Shown piece by piece: positions 27,159 through 39,388 of a stretch of 64,000 nucleotides of DNA (its first letter is position 1; every line of letters begins with the position of its first letter). The stretch lies in assembly GCA_951406725.2 (NCBI GenBank), contig OX597815.1:157480001-157544000 (forward strand), given 5' to 3'. The notes under the pieces are model-generated. The model was not told where the DNA came from, did no database searches, and saw only the letters and a program-made list of their open reading frames with translations. This DNA comes from Octopus vulgaris. Taxonomy: Eukaryota. Position numbers and translations under genes: made by a program.

Positions 27159-27662
27159 GATCTTCTCATGGACAAGGGCATGCCCTGCCCTTTCCGCTAC
27201 TCTTCTAGCTTTATATTAATCTACTGGTGTCATGATATTGAAGCCAGGTGGTATTAGCTTTGAGTCTCTACATCTACGCAGGAAAGTTAGATGGTTTGAA
27301 AGACGACCTAGTTTTTGATGGATTTTCTCTGTATGTCTCCATTGAAGTCTAATGTCGGCTCTATACCAATTGGATAATACAGTTCTATATTTAAGAGATA
27401 GGAATTATGTACATTATCTACATTATTTACATTTGACGGATATTTGTTGTGTTATCAACAAACATGATGAGGAAAAAATATTTGTCATCGGTAAAATATA
27501 TATATATAACTGAGTAGTTGAATGAATTATCTTATTATGAATAATTCGGTTAACCGATACCTGGGTAGCAAATATACGTCAGAAAAACACGGTTGAAGCT
27601 ACATGCCTAGGGCAGAGATCACGTGCTATCGTGTGGAAATTTGTGTGTTTTTTTAAATACAA

Positions 27663-27940
27663 ATAAATGAAAGAATGGAGTTGAACGACGAATTAACAAA
27701 ATTCCTTTATCTTCGACATATGTTTCGAAGGCTGCATATTCCTAATTTCGAAGGAATAAGGGGTGCATTATGCCGCCAAGTTTTTGTGCATCTTGATGCT
27801 GACATAAGTTCCTTGTTTTTCGTGATGAGAAGGCGGCATAATGCACCCCTTATTGCTTCGAAATTAGGAATATGCAACCTTCGAAACATATGTCGAAAAT
27901 AAAGGAATTTTGTTAATTCGTCGTTCAACTCCATTCTTTC

Positions 27941-27946
<6 letters not shown>
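27663..27946. repeat. 284-bp palindrome (115-bp arms, 54-bp spacer) containing a hammerhead-like fold
   Basis: 27663-27777 versus 27832-27946 are near-perfect inverted copies; this is also seen as mirror ORFs MELNDELTKFLY on both strands. Confidence 0.95.
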
Positions 27947-28008
<62 letters not shown>

Positions 28009-28252
28009 ATGGAAAGACAAAACAATAAATTGAACAATTATAAATTCAATCCAATTTAAATATTTTATGCAAACATGTATGTGTGTATATATAAGTATAT
28101 ATAAATATGTGTATACATAAACGTCTGTATTGTGCAAATAAATCGGTTGCAGAACGGAATAGTTATAGATTTAAAGTTATGAATTTACAAAATGTACATA
28201 CCATCCTCATTGAATGTGTGTGTCCATTCATACACACACACATACGCATGTA

Positions 28253-28313
<61 letters not shown>

Positions 28314-29813
28314 GTGTGTGTGTATTTTGGCTTGACAGAGAGTGAAAGATAAAGATGAAGAGAGAGAGTATTACGAATTGTTGCGAAAGACACGTTAATT
28401 ATTAATACATGACATATCGGGTAGAGGTTGGGGTTTAAACACTTTCACATTTCAATGAAATTGTTTCTTAGAAACTTTCTGGCCTTTAGCTTGTTTGGTT
28501 TATAAAAAGAAAAGGAAAAAGAAAACGAAAAAGAAACAATCTCCTTATGACTAATCTGCTTTATTTCTGTAACCTTACAAAGCATTAGTCAACTTTGCCA
28601 TGTTTTTTTGTAAATGGAGGCTTTCTTTATTCATCTGTTTAAAATTACGATACAAAACAGCTTATGTTTGCAATGATAACCAGGGGATTGTTAATAATAG
28701 AGAGTGTATGTGTGTGTGTGTGTGTCTGTGTGTCTGTGTGTCTGTTAGAAGACAGAGAGAGGGCAGTGGGTGGCAGAAACGGTGGAGTGAAGTACTAAAT
28801 GTTACTATGGCACTTAGCCATGTCTTTTTAGTTATGTTCTAAGTTCAAATCAGACCTCGACCAGATTTGAATTTCTGGGCCTTATAGAAAATAATAGAAC
28901 TAGAAATGTATTGAAATTTATTCAATCGTGTTGAATGTTAAGTGCCAATGTTAAGTGTTTATCATCGTTCTGGTCTAGACACTGAGTCAGCCTTTGTTTA
29001 AAAGGCCTTGGTGTGTATAATATACGACTTGGTGTGAAACGCAGATCTATTGCTCCACATACCATATCTTGCAAGCATCAGGCTTTCTCTTTAAGCATGC
29101 AATTTACCTGAGAGATTGAGTCTTAATGTCTTAAAATTATAACCGGTGAGCTGGCAGAATCGTTAGCACGTCGAGCAGAATGCTTTTGTTCGTTCATACG
29201 TTCTGAGTTCAAATTCCGCCAAGGTCGACTTTGCCTTTCATTCTTTCAGGATCGATAAAATAAGTAGCGGTTGGGTACTGGGTGTCGATATGATCGACTT
29301 AGCCCCTCCGCTGATATAACTGACCCGGTGCCAATATTTGAAACCAATGTCTTAAAATTATCCACCTTTTATTTTCTTTAAAAGTTCCTCACAGTTGCTG
29401 CAAGGCTTTTGCTTTGTTTCTCGATTTTTATTTTTGTTCCTTTTAACATTAAGTCTAGAGGAGAGGCAATGTCCAAGACTTTTTATAGGACCCCTGAGAA
29501 TACTGGAAGAAGAGAAGAGTGGTATCTTCAAACCAAAGGTCTAGCATGAGTACTTGCAACAGATTGAACTCTGCTAAAGGCTCCCGAGAGGGTGGCTTTG
29601 AACTGAGTGAGATATAAAGTCAACACTGCACCCCTAGCGTGCTGGCGCAGGATTTGAACTCAGAAAGCAATGAAACGCAATAAATAAAATAATACATCTG
29701 GAACGATGTTCTACCAATCCATTACATGAGAGTGATACATTTAATTGACCCCGAAAGGGATGAAAAGTGAGATGAATTGGGTCGGTGCTACTGTTGCGGT
29801 TCCTCTATACTAA

Positions 29814-30202
29814 ACGTGGAGGCGCAATGGCCCAGTGGTTAGGGCAGCGGACTCGCGGTCGGAGGATCGCGGTTTCGATTCTCAGACCGGGCGTTGTGTG
29901 TGTTTATTGAGCGAAAACACCTAAAGCTCCACGAGGCTCCGGCAGGGGATGGTGGCGACCCCTGTTGTACTCTTTCGCCTCAACTTTCTCTCACTCCACT
30001 CTTACTTCCTGTTTCTGTTGTACCTGTATTTCAAGGGGCCGGCCTTGTCACTCTCTGTGTCACGCTGAATATCCCTGAGAACTACGTTAAGGGTGCACGT
30101 GTCTGTGGAGTGCTCAGTCACTTACACGTTAATTTCACGAGCAGGCTGTTCCGTTGATTCGGATCAACCGGAACCCTCATCGTCGTAACCGACGGAGTGC
30201 TT
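29814..30202 (+). mobile_element. Near full-length tRNA-derived SINE
   Basis: A and B boxes; its 3' part (ttaatttcacgagcaggctgtt...cgtaaccgacggagtg) is shared with 30909-31187. Confidence 0.88.
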
Positions 30203-30665
30203 CCACTATACTAATCATTCATTGCTGGTATACATCCCAGCACAATGCGGTGATGATGATGATGATGACGGCAACGTTGTTGTTGCTATTTGTGTGTGTG
30301 TGTGAGTGTGTGTGTGTGTGTGTGTGTTTTGATTATCTGAACCTAGTGGGAGAGACAATGTTCTTTAGACGGTGCTATAGGCATTGTAAATATGCCTGGT
30401 TGTTTGGGTAAGAAGGAGGATGACTGCGTGGGTTGAAGCTTTCTCTGGCTACAAACTGTGTCCCATCGCCTGTCCTGGTGGTCTTTTATTTTTAGTTTCT
30501 TTGTTTCGTCGCGGAGACAGTGCAAGAGAGTGCAAACCGCGAAGCAGCCTGCGATGATGCCAAATGTAATCGTCTGCATTCTTCGTACTTTGTTCTCTGG
30601 TTCATTGTGCAAAAAACTGGGGGTCTCAGACATAATGAATCTAAGATATTCTTTGCACACTAATT

Positions 30666-30900
30666 TTGTTGTTGTTGTTGCTGCTACTGAAGTTGTTGTT
30701 GCTGTTGTCTTCTTCTTCTTCTTCTTCTTCTTCTTCTTCTTCTTCTTCTTCTTCTTCTTCTTCTTCTTCTTCTTCTTCTTCTTCTTCTTCTGCTGCTGCT
30801 GCTGCTGCTGCTGCTTCTTCTTCTTCTTCTTCTTCTTCTTCTTCTTCTTCTTCTTCTTCTTCTTCTTCTTCTTCTTCTTCTTCTTCTTCTTCTTCTTCTT
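30666..30900. repeat. (GTT)n-(CTT)n-(CTG)n-(CTT)n trinucleotide tract
   Basis: Directly visible. Confidence 0.97.
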
Positions 30901-31443
30901 TAATCCCATGAAGGTGTGTAGCTTAGAGGTTAAGGTATTCAGCTCACGATCGCAAGGCGCGTTTTGTGCTTGAGCAAGACACTTCATTTCACTTTGCTCC
31001 AGTCCACTCAGCTGACATAAATGAGATGCACCTGGAATTCAAAGGGACAGTTTTGTCATATTCTGTGTCACGTCGAATCTCCCTGAGAACTACGTTGAAG
31101 TTACTCGCACATTAATTTCACGAGCAGGCTGTTCTGTTGATCGAATCAAATCGAACCCTCGAGGTCGTAACCGACGGAGTGTCGGTTGTTTAACCCCAGT
31201 CTACCTTGACTAAACAAATTGCAATTTAAGTAGATTAAGTAGATTATTCCATCTTGTTTTCAGGAATGGTGTGTTTAAAACTACATTATTCAACGTCCCT
31301 TCCTTCAGTTTTATTTTAAATGGCTGGGTTTGACTTGAGAGAGATTTGGTTACTATTTCTAGCAAATCGAGCGACCACATAGACACTCTCCGGTTAACTC
31401 ATGTCAATTAATGTTATTTATGTGTTGACAAAATACGATGGCT

Positions 31444-31531
<88 letters not shown>

Positions 31532-31730
31532 ACAATATTTTTTTCCTTTTTTGTTTTTTTTTCTGTACTTATACACTGGCGCAGGTATGTCTATGTGGCT
31601 AAGAAATTCGCTTGGATTAAGTATAGCGCCACTGCACGGCACCTTGGGCAAGTGACTTCTACTATAACCATGACCGACAAATGCCTGGTGAGAAAATTTG
31701 GTAGAGGGAAGCTGTGTGGAATCCCATCAC

Positions 31731-31763
<33 letters not shown>

Positions 31764-31856
31764 TGTATGTATGTATGTATGTATGTATGTATGTATGTAT
31801 GTATGTATGTATCTATGTATGTATGTATGTATGTATCTATGTATGTATGTATGTAT

Positions 31857-31967
31857 GTCATTGTTCAGTTTTATTTGTAAATTTCTTACCAATAGAGAGA
31901 GAACCGGTTTCTAAACTAGATCCAAGATTCCTTCAATGGAATTTCAACATCAACGACATGGTACTTT

Positions 31968-31999
<32 letters not shown>

Positions 32000-32900
32000 T
32001 GTATGTATGTATGTATGTATGTATGTATGTATGTATGTATGTATGTATGTATGTATGTATGTATGTATGTATGTGTGTGTGTATCTATGTATGTATGTAT
32101 GTATGTGTGTGTGTATGTATGTATGTATGTATGTATGTATGTATGTATGTATGTATGTATGTATGTATGTATGTATGTATGTATGTATGTATGTATGTAT
32201 ACGTGCAGCATGCATATACCTGCATATCTAGACGTGCTTGTATATACTTAAATGATAAACTTCTGTAAAGTTTTATAGATATTTGCTGTTCCAGTGATGG
32301 TCTGGATTTGTAGTCTTCGAATCAGCTTTCTCCTTTCTGATTCTGAGAAGCCTAATTTCTCAAGATTAGTACTTAGGCGGTGTGTGTGCATGTATGTATG
32401 TATGTATGTATGTATGTATGTATGTATGTATATATGTATACATGTCATTGTTGAGTTTAATTTCAAGATTTCTTACCAATATAGAAAGAGTCGGTTTCTA
32501 ACCTAGATTCAGGGGTCCTTCATTGAAATCTCAATATCATCAACAGGGTATTTTTGTTTGTATGTATGTATATGTGCAGATTTGTATGTTTTGCTTTATG
32601 CATGTATTTTCATGCATAGTAGTTGCATATCTAGACATGCTCATATATATTCAAATGCTAAACTTCTCGAAAGTTTTACAGATTTTTACAGTTCCAATGA
32701 TGGGTTGAATCTGTAGTCTTCGAATTAACTTTCTCCTTTCTGGTTTTGAGAAGCCTAATTTAAGATTAGTATTTAGGCAGTGTGCTACATATCCCAGAGT
32801 CCAATAATTACAGGTATACACCTGAACTTGTAATCTGGGTAGAGTAACTGCAGACTTCTCAATTGTTCAGCGTAGGTATTCTCTTTTTCATTGGTCTTCG
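31857..32900 (-). mobile_element. Two head-to-tail 3' fragments of the (CATA)n-associated RLE LINE
   Basis: 3' ends at 31857 and about 32443 (gtcattgtt[c/g]agttt, same as 7386); coding remnant NLEKLGFSESERRKLIRRLQIQTITGT. Confidence 0.85.
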
Positions 32901-32903
32901 GGT

Positions 32904-33275
32904 TTATGCTAACATGTATGTATGCATGCATATGTGGATATGACTACGAAGATTATTCATGAGTTCAGCTTTACTGAGGCAGGGTCTTGCACAGACATTG
33001 CATGTCAGAATCAAAGGAAGACCCTTCCCTTCTGGAAGTGTAACAGCGATGCCCTTCCTGACATCCCTCCTTACTTTCTCATGTGCAACTCGAGATTTCT
33101 CAAACGTGGCAGTCCCCTCATGCACAATCCTTCTCCACCTGCTACGATCAATAGCTATGCCTTCCCATGTGTCAGGAGAGATGCAAGCATCTCTTAAGGA
33201 AGCCTTCAGCAAGTCCTTATACCTCTTTTTTGGTTTATGTGGAGGTCGTTCTCCTTTAGCTAACTCTCCATAAAA
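32904..33275 (-). mobile_element. RTE-clade LINE 3' fragment with a C-terminal C2H2-like finger
   Basis: LKASLRDACISPDTWEGIAIDRSRWRRIVHEG...CNVCARPCLSKAELMNNLRSH. Confidence 0.85.
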
Positions 33276-33306
33276 GAGTCATCTTCGTAGTCATAAAACG
33301 AGACAG

Positions 33307-33592
33307 ATGAGTGACAACCTGGCCACTGGTGGTGGTGTAACACACCATACTAATCATATCTGTCGGGCATGTGGAAGAGAGTATAATTCGGCAGGAGGAC
33401 TTAAACGACATGCAAAGGTACATGAAGCCCAGTTACAACTACAGTCGGCTATTACCAGTAAAGGTCTTAGTTGCCAATTTTGTACAAGACATTGTAGATC
33501 TTTAGCTGGGCTAAAAAGTCACACTCGATCACAGCACCAGTAACAGTTAAGCTTCGTGCAATGCCCATACTCGATAACGAGGGGGCAGCCAT
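33307..33592 (+). mobile_element. LINE (probably RTE-like) 3' end encoding two C2H2 zinc fingers
   Basis: CRACGREYNSAGGLKRHAKVH and CQFCTRHCRSLAGLKSHTRSQH*; the same 3' end recurs at 5964-6050. Confidence 0.7.
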
Positions 33593-34333
33593 AATATGTG
33601 GATATAAGAGCAGATGTAGCCGTGTGATAAGAAGTTTGCTTCCCAACATGCTACAACTGAAGACCCGGACTGACTGATCAAAGCCTTGTCAGTGGATTTG
33701 GTAGACGGAAACTGAAAGAAGCCTGTCGAATATGTGTGTGTGTGCGTGAGTGTGTGCGCGCGCGAGCGTCTTTGAGTTTGTGTTATTGCCCTACCACCGC
33801 TTGACAGCCGGTGTTGGTTTGTTTAGGTCCCCGTCACAATAACCGGTTCGGCAAAAGTGGCCGATAGACTAAATACCAGACATAAAAAATATATAATGGA
33901 ATCAATCTGTTGGATTAAACTCTTCCAGGCGATGCTCCAGCATGGCTGCGATCCCATAACTGAAACAAATAAATAATAATAAAGGAACCTCTTACCCTGG
34001 CTTCAGCATGCGTTTACATTGTTTTATTGTTACGTTGTGTTGGCATTTGCGAGTAATGATTTTTGATACTCTTTGCTGTTACAGGCAAACAGGAATGATA
34101 TCGGTTTCAAGTTTTGGCACAAGGCCAGCAATTTCTGAGGACGGAGTAAGTCGATTAGATTGACACCAGGATTTCACCGGTACCTATTTTATCGATCCTG
34201 AAAGGATAAAAGGCAAAGTCGACCACGACGGGATTTGAACCCAGATCGTAAAGACGATCGAAATGCCTCTAAGCTTTCTGCCCGGCGAGGTAAGCGATTC
34301 TGCCAGATCACCACTTTTATATCAAGAATAATA

Positions 34334-34920
34334 TTCTTTCTAATAAAGGAACAAGGCCTGTTCCCTTTTTGGTGGGAGGGGACTAGCCGATAACATCGAT
34401 CCCAGTGTTTCACTAGTACTTAATCCATCGACCCGAAAAGGATGAAAAGCAAAGTCAACCTCAGTGGAATTTGAACTCAGAACATGGAGACAGTCGTAAT
34501 ACCTATTTCTATTACTGCCCACAAGGGACTACACACAGAGAGGACAAACAAGGACAGACAAACGGATTAAGTCGATTATATCGACTCCAGTGCGTAACTG
34601 GTACTTATTTAATCGACCCCGAAAGGATGAAAGGCAAAGTCGACCTCGGCGGAATTTGAACTCAGAACGTAGCGGCAGACGAAATACCTATTTCTTTATG
34701 ACCCACAAGGGGCTAAACATAGAGGGGACAAACAAGGTCAGACAAAGAGATTAAGTCGATTACATCGACCCTAGTGCGTAACTGGTACTTAATTTATCGA
34801 CCCCGAAAGGATGAAAGGCAAAGTCGACCTCGGCGGAATTTGAACTCAGAACGTAGCGGCAGACGAAATACCGCCAAGCATTTCGTCCAGCGTGCTAACG
34901 AGTCTGCCAGCTCGCCACCT
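34334..34920 (-). mobile_element. SINE trimer: head, two variant-tail units and one standard-tail unit
   Basis: Junctions at 34503|34504 and 34688|34689 (aatacc|tatttct), the same position as in the 22650 array. Confidence 0.9.
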
Positions 34921-35586
34921 TAATACCGAGAATAATTTCAAGAATAATATATGCAACAAGACCTTCATTTTCAAAGACTCTATTGCGCTTAAATACCTGC
35001 AAATTATCAATTCCGATTCAGTGATTCTGCACATGCTTTATTACCATAATATAATACTGATTCAATCTTGGTATTTTAAGTTGATCAAATATTCGAAATA
35101 CTTCCCAGATCCAGTCCAATTTTAATTAAAGAAATTACAATAATCAACTTGACTGGTAACGGTAAATGGACTGACTTCATTCATCTTTGTCGGATACTAA
35201 TTAATAGATTTGATACTCTATTTCCCTATTTTGATGTATTAAACTTGTCATATACAATAAATGGCCCTAATTACTATTTTTCTCGTAAATGAGATTGGTT
35301 GAAACCAATGAGATCATTAATGATCTATTATAGACACCATAATGATAACTATTCCCATTAAATCAACTTGGGCCCTTTTTTTTTTTTGCTTTTTTTAAAC
35401 AAGAAACATTTTAGTGAACACATTTTCTACATATGACGCTATTGTACAAATAACAAGTTTAAATCAATAGTCGCCTTTTCAACGTTAGACCACAAAAATA
35501 AATCTTTACTACTAAAATAACATAATGTGTCTGTTACACATTAACATTGACCTCTAATAAATAAATATCTTGAACTAAATTCACCC

Positions 35587-36177
<591 letters not shown>

Positions 36178-36186
36178 AAGTTTTTG

Positions 36187-36440
36187 CTAGTTAAAAAGGT
36201 CGAGTTGCGTCCCCTAGACAGTCTGTGGTTTGTGTTTCTGATTCTCGACCCCATGTCGAATTTATCGATTTTTTTCAGAACTGGGGGAACTTTTCAAAAC
36301 TTTCGCTGCGTTAGTTTTGAATTATGACATTGGGCTATGTGTGTGTCAAGTTTCATCAGAATCGGTTGAAAGCCGTGGTCAGGGTGAGGGTACAACCTGA
36401 CAGACACACAGACAGACAAACTGCCGTTTATATAGAGAGA
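36187..36440 (-). mobile_element. Short Helitron-like element
   Basis: Minus strand starts A|TCtctctatataaacggcagtttgtctgtctgtgtg and ends CTAG; a similar 5' design (probably truncated) starts at 51152 (+). Confidence 0.6.
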
Positions 36441-36820
36441 TGCATGTCGGGTTTTTTTCCCTCTAAAAAGATGGTTTCTTTTTAATAGGTTTTCTTTTTC
36501 ACCTCTTGAAAACGTAACTTTATTACTACACCCATAGCCTTTCACAGCAGATAATGTAGACAAATAACATTTTAAACATAAGAATACAGTGTTAATTGAT
36601 ATGCTTAACTGTTCTGAAACACTGAAGTGCCGATCTAGATAATTTCTGTTTTTCTATACATGTATATTATTGATAAAGAGATAAAGAGAATTACAAAGTG
36701 GCAGAGGCAGGTGGAAGAAACTAAACATGGAATATACGAAGAGATGACATTTTGAGAATCCTAAAGTGAACGAAAGCAGTTCGAGAAAAGAGATTTGTTA
36801 TAATGCTATTATGAAATTTA

Positions 36821-37256
36821 GGATCTTTTCTGTTTGATCGGCAGTTTTTTTTAATAATTTCCACGTAAGTAAACACTTTTAAACTTCGTATACTGGTAGA
36901 ATGTGTTTATAAAACATCTTTTTCTCTTGGCTTTATTGAGAAAATTCTATATTCTGTAAGATATTTGTTGTTGTTTTTTTCAATTTTTGCAATTTCAACC
37001 AATCAATGACGTCCATTGAGGTAAAAAAAACATTCTGTGCCGTATGAATATGTCCCTCGTTTAAGAAACAGATTGGGTTTATTTACATTTCTGAAGAAAA
37101 AAGATACCCTTCCCCCCACCCCTAACCCTAACCCTAACTCTAACCCTAACCCTAAAACAGATTGAAATGCAATAGATCGATACTAGGGTCATAATTATGG
37201 GTGACAATTTTATATGACACCGCTAGAAAAAACTGCCGTTCAAACCGAAAAGATCC
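36821..37256. mobile_element. MITE with ~29-bp TIRs, 8-bp TSD and internal (CCCTAA)n; Merlin-like; copy 1
   Basis: ggatcttttctgtttgatcggcagttttt ... aaaaactgccgttcaaaccgaaaagatcc; TSD gaaattta at 36813-36820 and 37257-37264. Confidence 0.9.
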
Positions 37257-37479
37257 GAAATTTATAACGAACAATTTAAAGTTATTGGCTAGAAAGAAAT
37301 ATTTAGCAGCAGTAGAGTTCAAGTGGATATAAATGTTTGGAAAGACGGATTGGAAAATTGTCTCGTCATGCACATGGGAGATTAATAGCAAGTATTTTCA
37401 TGTACTGGAAGCTGTGTAGTTTCTAATGCATTGATATTAATGTTTAAAGAGATTTGTTATAATGCTGTTATGAAATTTA

Positions 37480-37891
37480 GGATCTTTTCTGTTTGATCGG
37501 CAGTTTTTCTAAATAATTTCCACGTAAGTAAACACTTTTAAACTTCGTATACTGGTAGAATGTGTTTATAAAACATCTTTTTCTCTTGGCTTTATTGAGA
37601 AAATTCTATAATCTGTAAGATATTTGTTGTTGTTTTTTTCAATTTTTGCAATTTCAACCAATCAATGACGTCCATTGAGGTAAAAAAAACATTCTGTGCC
37701 GTATGAATATGTCCCTCGTTTAAGAAACAGATTGGGTTTATTTACATTTCTGAAGAAAAAAAATACCCTTCCCCCTAACCCTAACCCTAAAATAGATTGA
37801 AATGCAATAGATCGATACTAGGGTCATAATTATGGGTGACAATTTTATATGACACCACTAGAAAAAACTGCTGTTCAAACCGAAAAGATCC
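37480..37891. mobile_element. Same MITE, copy 2 (local duplication)
   Basis: Same TIRs and the same TSD gaaattta (37472-37479, 37892-37899); shorter CCCTAA tract. Confidence 0.9.
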
Positions 37892-38994
37892 GAAATTTAT
37901 ATAAGGTTAATAGACTTTGTATTGGAACAAGAATCCCAGTAACTTATTTATATGAATGTATTAGTTACACAAGCTGAATATTATGGAAAACATACTACTG
38001 GACCAAGAATCAAACTTCACTCTCCCATCCACTCTTACATGCTTACAGTTTCCAGATCAGGTGGTTTTCCTAATGGTAGTCAATAAATCTGTGTCAATCA
38101 TTGATTGAAGTATGCTCTTCCCAACTGATCTATTTACACACGAATAATTGTATGTTGCTCTGACAAGCACTAAACAGTGTTCTGCTGGTGTAGTGGCAAT
38201 ACTGAGAAATGTCAAGAAATCAGATCTTGCAGTGACAGGATTCAAACCACTAAGATTCGCCACTTGATGATGTTTGGTGTAAGACATTACCGTTAAGTCT
38301 TTCACATCAACGCAAAAAAAAAAAAAGAATTGAAAGTCAGCAAGGGCTCACAAGTTTCTGGTGTATCGGGAGTGTTGACAATTACTAGATGTCCGTTAAT
38401 AAAAGTCATCTCACGTTGAGGTACCTGTTGAAATATACACATTATCGGAGCTCTGAAGAAAGGGAATCTTACGCAGGTTTTCTTAAAGGAAAGAGCTATG
38501 CTGAATAAGAGAGGGAATGCTAACGTAAGTAACAGCTTCTAACCAGTTGTCTTCTAGTGTTAACTATTCGAATGTCACAAACAACATCGTCTATCTGATA
38601 AATATCAATCTTTTAGTAAAAATAATAAATAATAAATCCCTTGTATTCAATTCGATTAACACCCCATGATAATTTGTTGAGATCTCGATGGCATATTGGT
38701 TAGTTATTTTGCTAATATGCCATAAGTTTCAAGGATGTTATTAGAATAGGGAAATTCAATAAGAAGATAAAAGCAGTATCTTTAGTTTTCTGTATTGCCT
38801 TTTGTTGGGATTCGGAATATATTTTAATGAGTTAAATATGATTTATTGTTATGACTATTTAGTCTCATTCAGCATTGGTTAAGCTAAACTATGATCGAAG
38901 AATTTCAAACCATGTCCATCCTGTCCTTTTTCAGTCATAATGTATCTAAATCTACTCTTGCTATCCTTTCAGGGAAAAAGTGGGGTACGATTCA

Positions 38995-39388
38995 TCTCTC
39001 TATATATAAAGCTGAAGTTGTCTGTGTATGGCAGGTTTGGTAGCCTTCAACTAACACTATCTCCTCCGAGACCCTGCGACGCAAGTTGACCAAAATTGAA
39101 AGTATGATAGAAGAAGGCTTGCTCTTCCTTCCGTAGAAGAAAAAATTCAAATCGGACCGTGTTAAGACCAAAAATTATTTACATCAAAAAGGTGGGAGGG
39201 ATGTCTACGAAAATCCTTATTTTTTACGATTTTTTTACTGCTGTGTCGCCATTTTTCGGTGAATTTCAACCAGAAAAATGTTCACTTAAAGAGAATAACA
39301 AGCTACATAATGCAAAATTTTTACTTTTCAAAAACTCCAATTCTAAAGGGTCGAAACAAACCCGAGCAACGCCGGGTGATACTGCTAG
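38995..39388 (+). mobile_element. Non-autonomous Helitron-like element
   Basis: A|TC start, hairpin cccgagcaacgccggg, CTAG|T end; paralog of 16265-16654. Confidence 0.87.

Noticed and set aside
27675-27934. Mirror ORFs MELNDELTKFLY on both strands as a gene pair
   Set aside because: They are a by-product of the DNA palindrome.
30343-30660. GPCR TM6-like peptide KVRRMQTITFGIIAGCFAVC in a poly-K ORF
   Set aside because: No CWxP motif or other helices; adjacent frames give RRL...HCLRD, which fits a decayed RTE-like LINE better.
37110-37155. CCCTAA tracts as a chromosome end or fusion scar
   Set aside because: They are short and lie inside a TIR/TSD-bounded MITE present in three copies.
38057-38305. 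82-aa minus ORF after a pyrimidine tract (also ORF 3301-3498)
   Set aside because: No recognisable domain or convincing splice pair; the length is within chance expectation.
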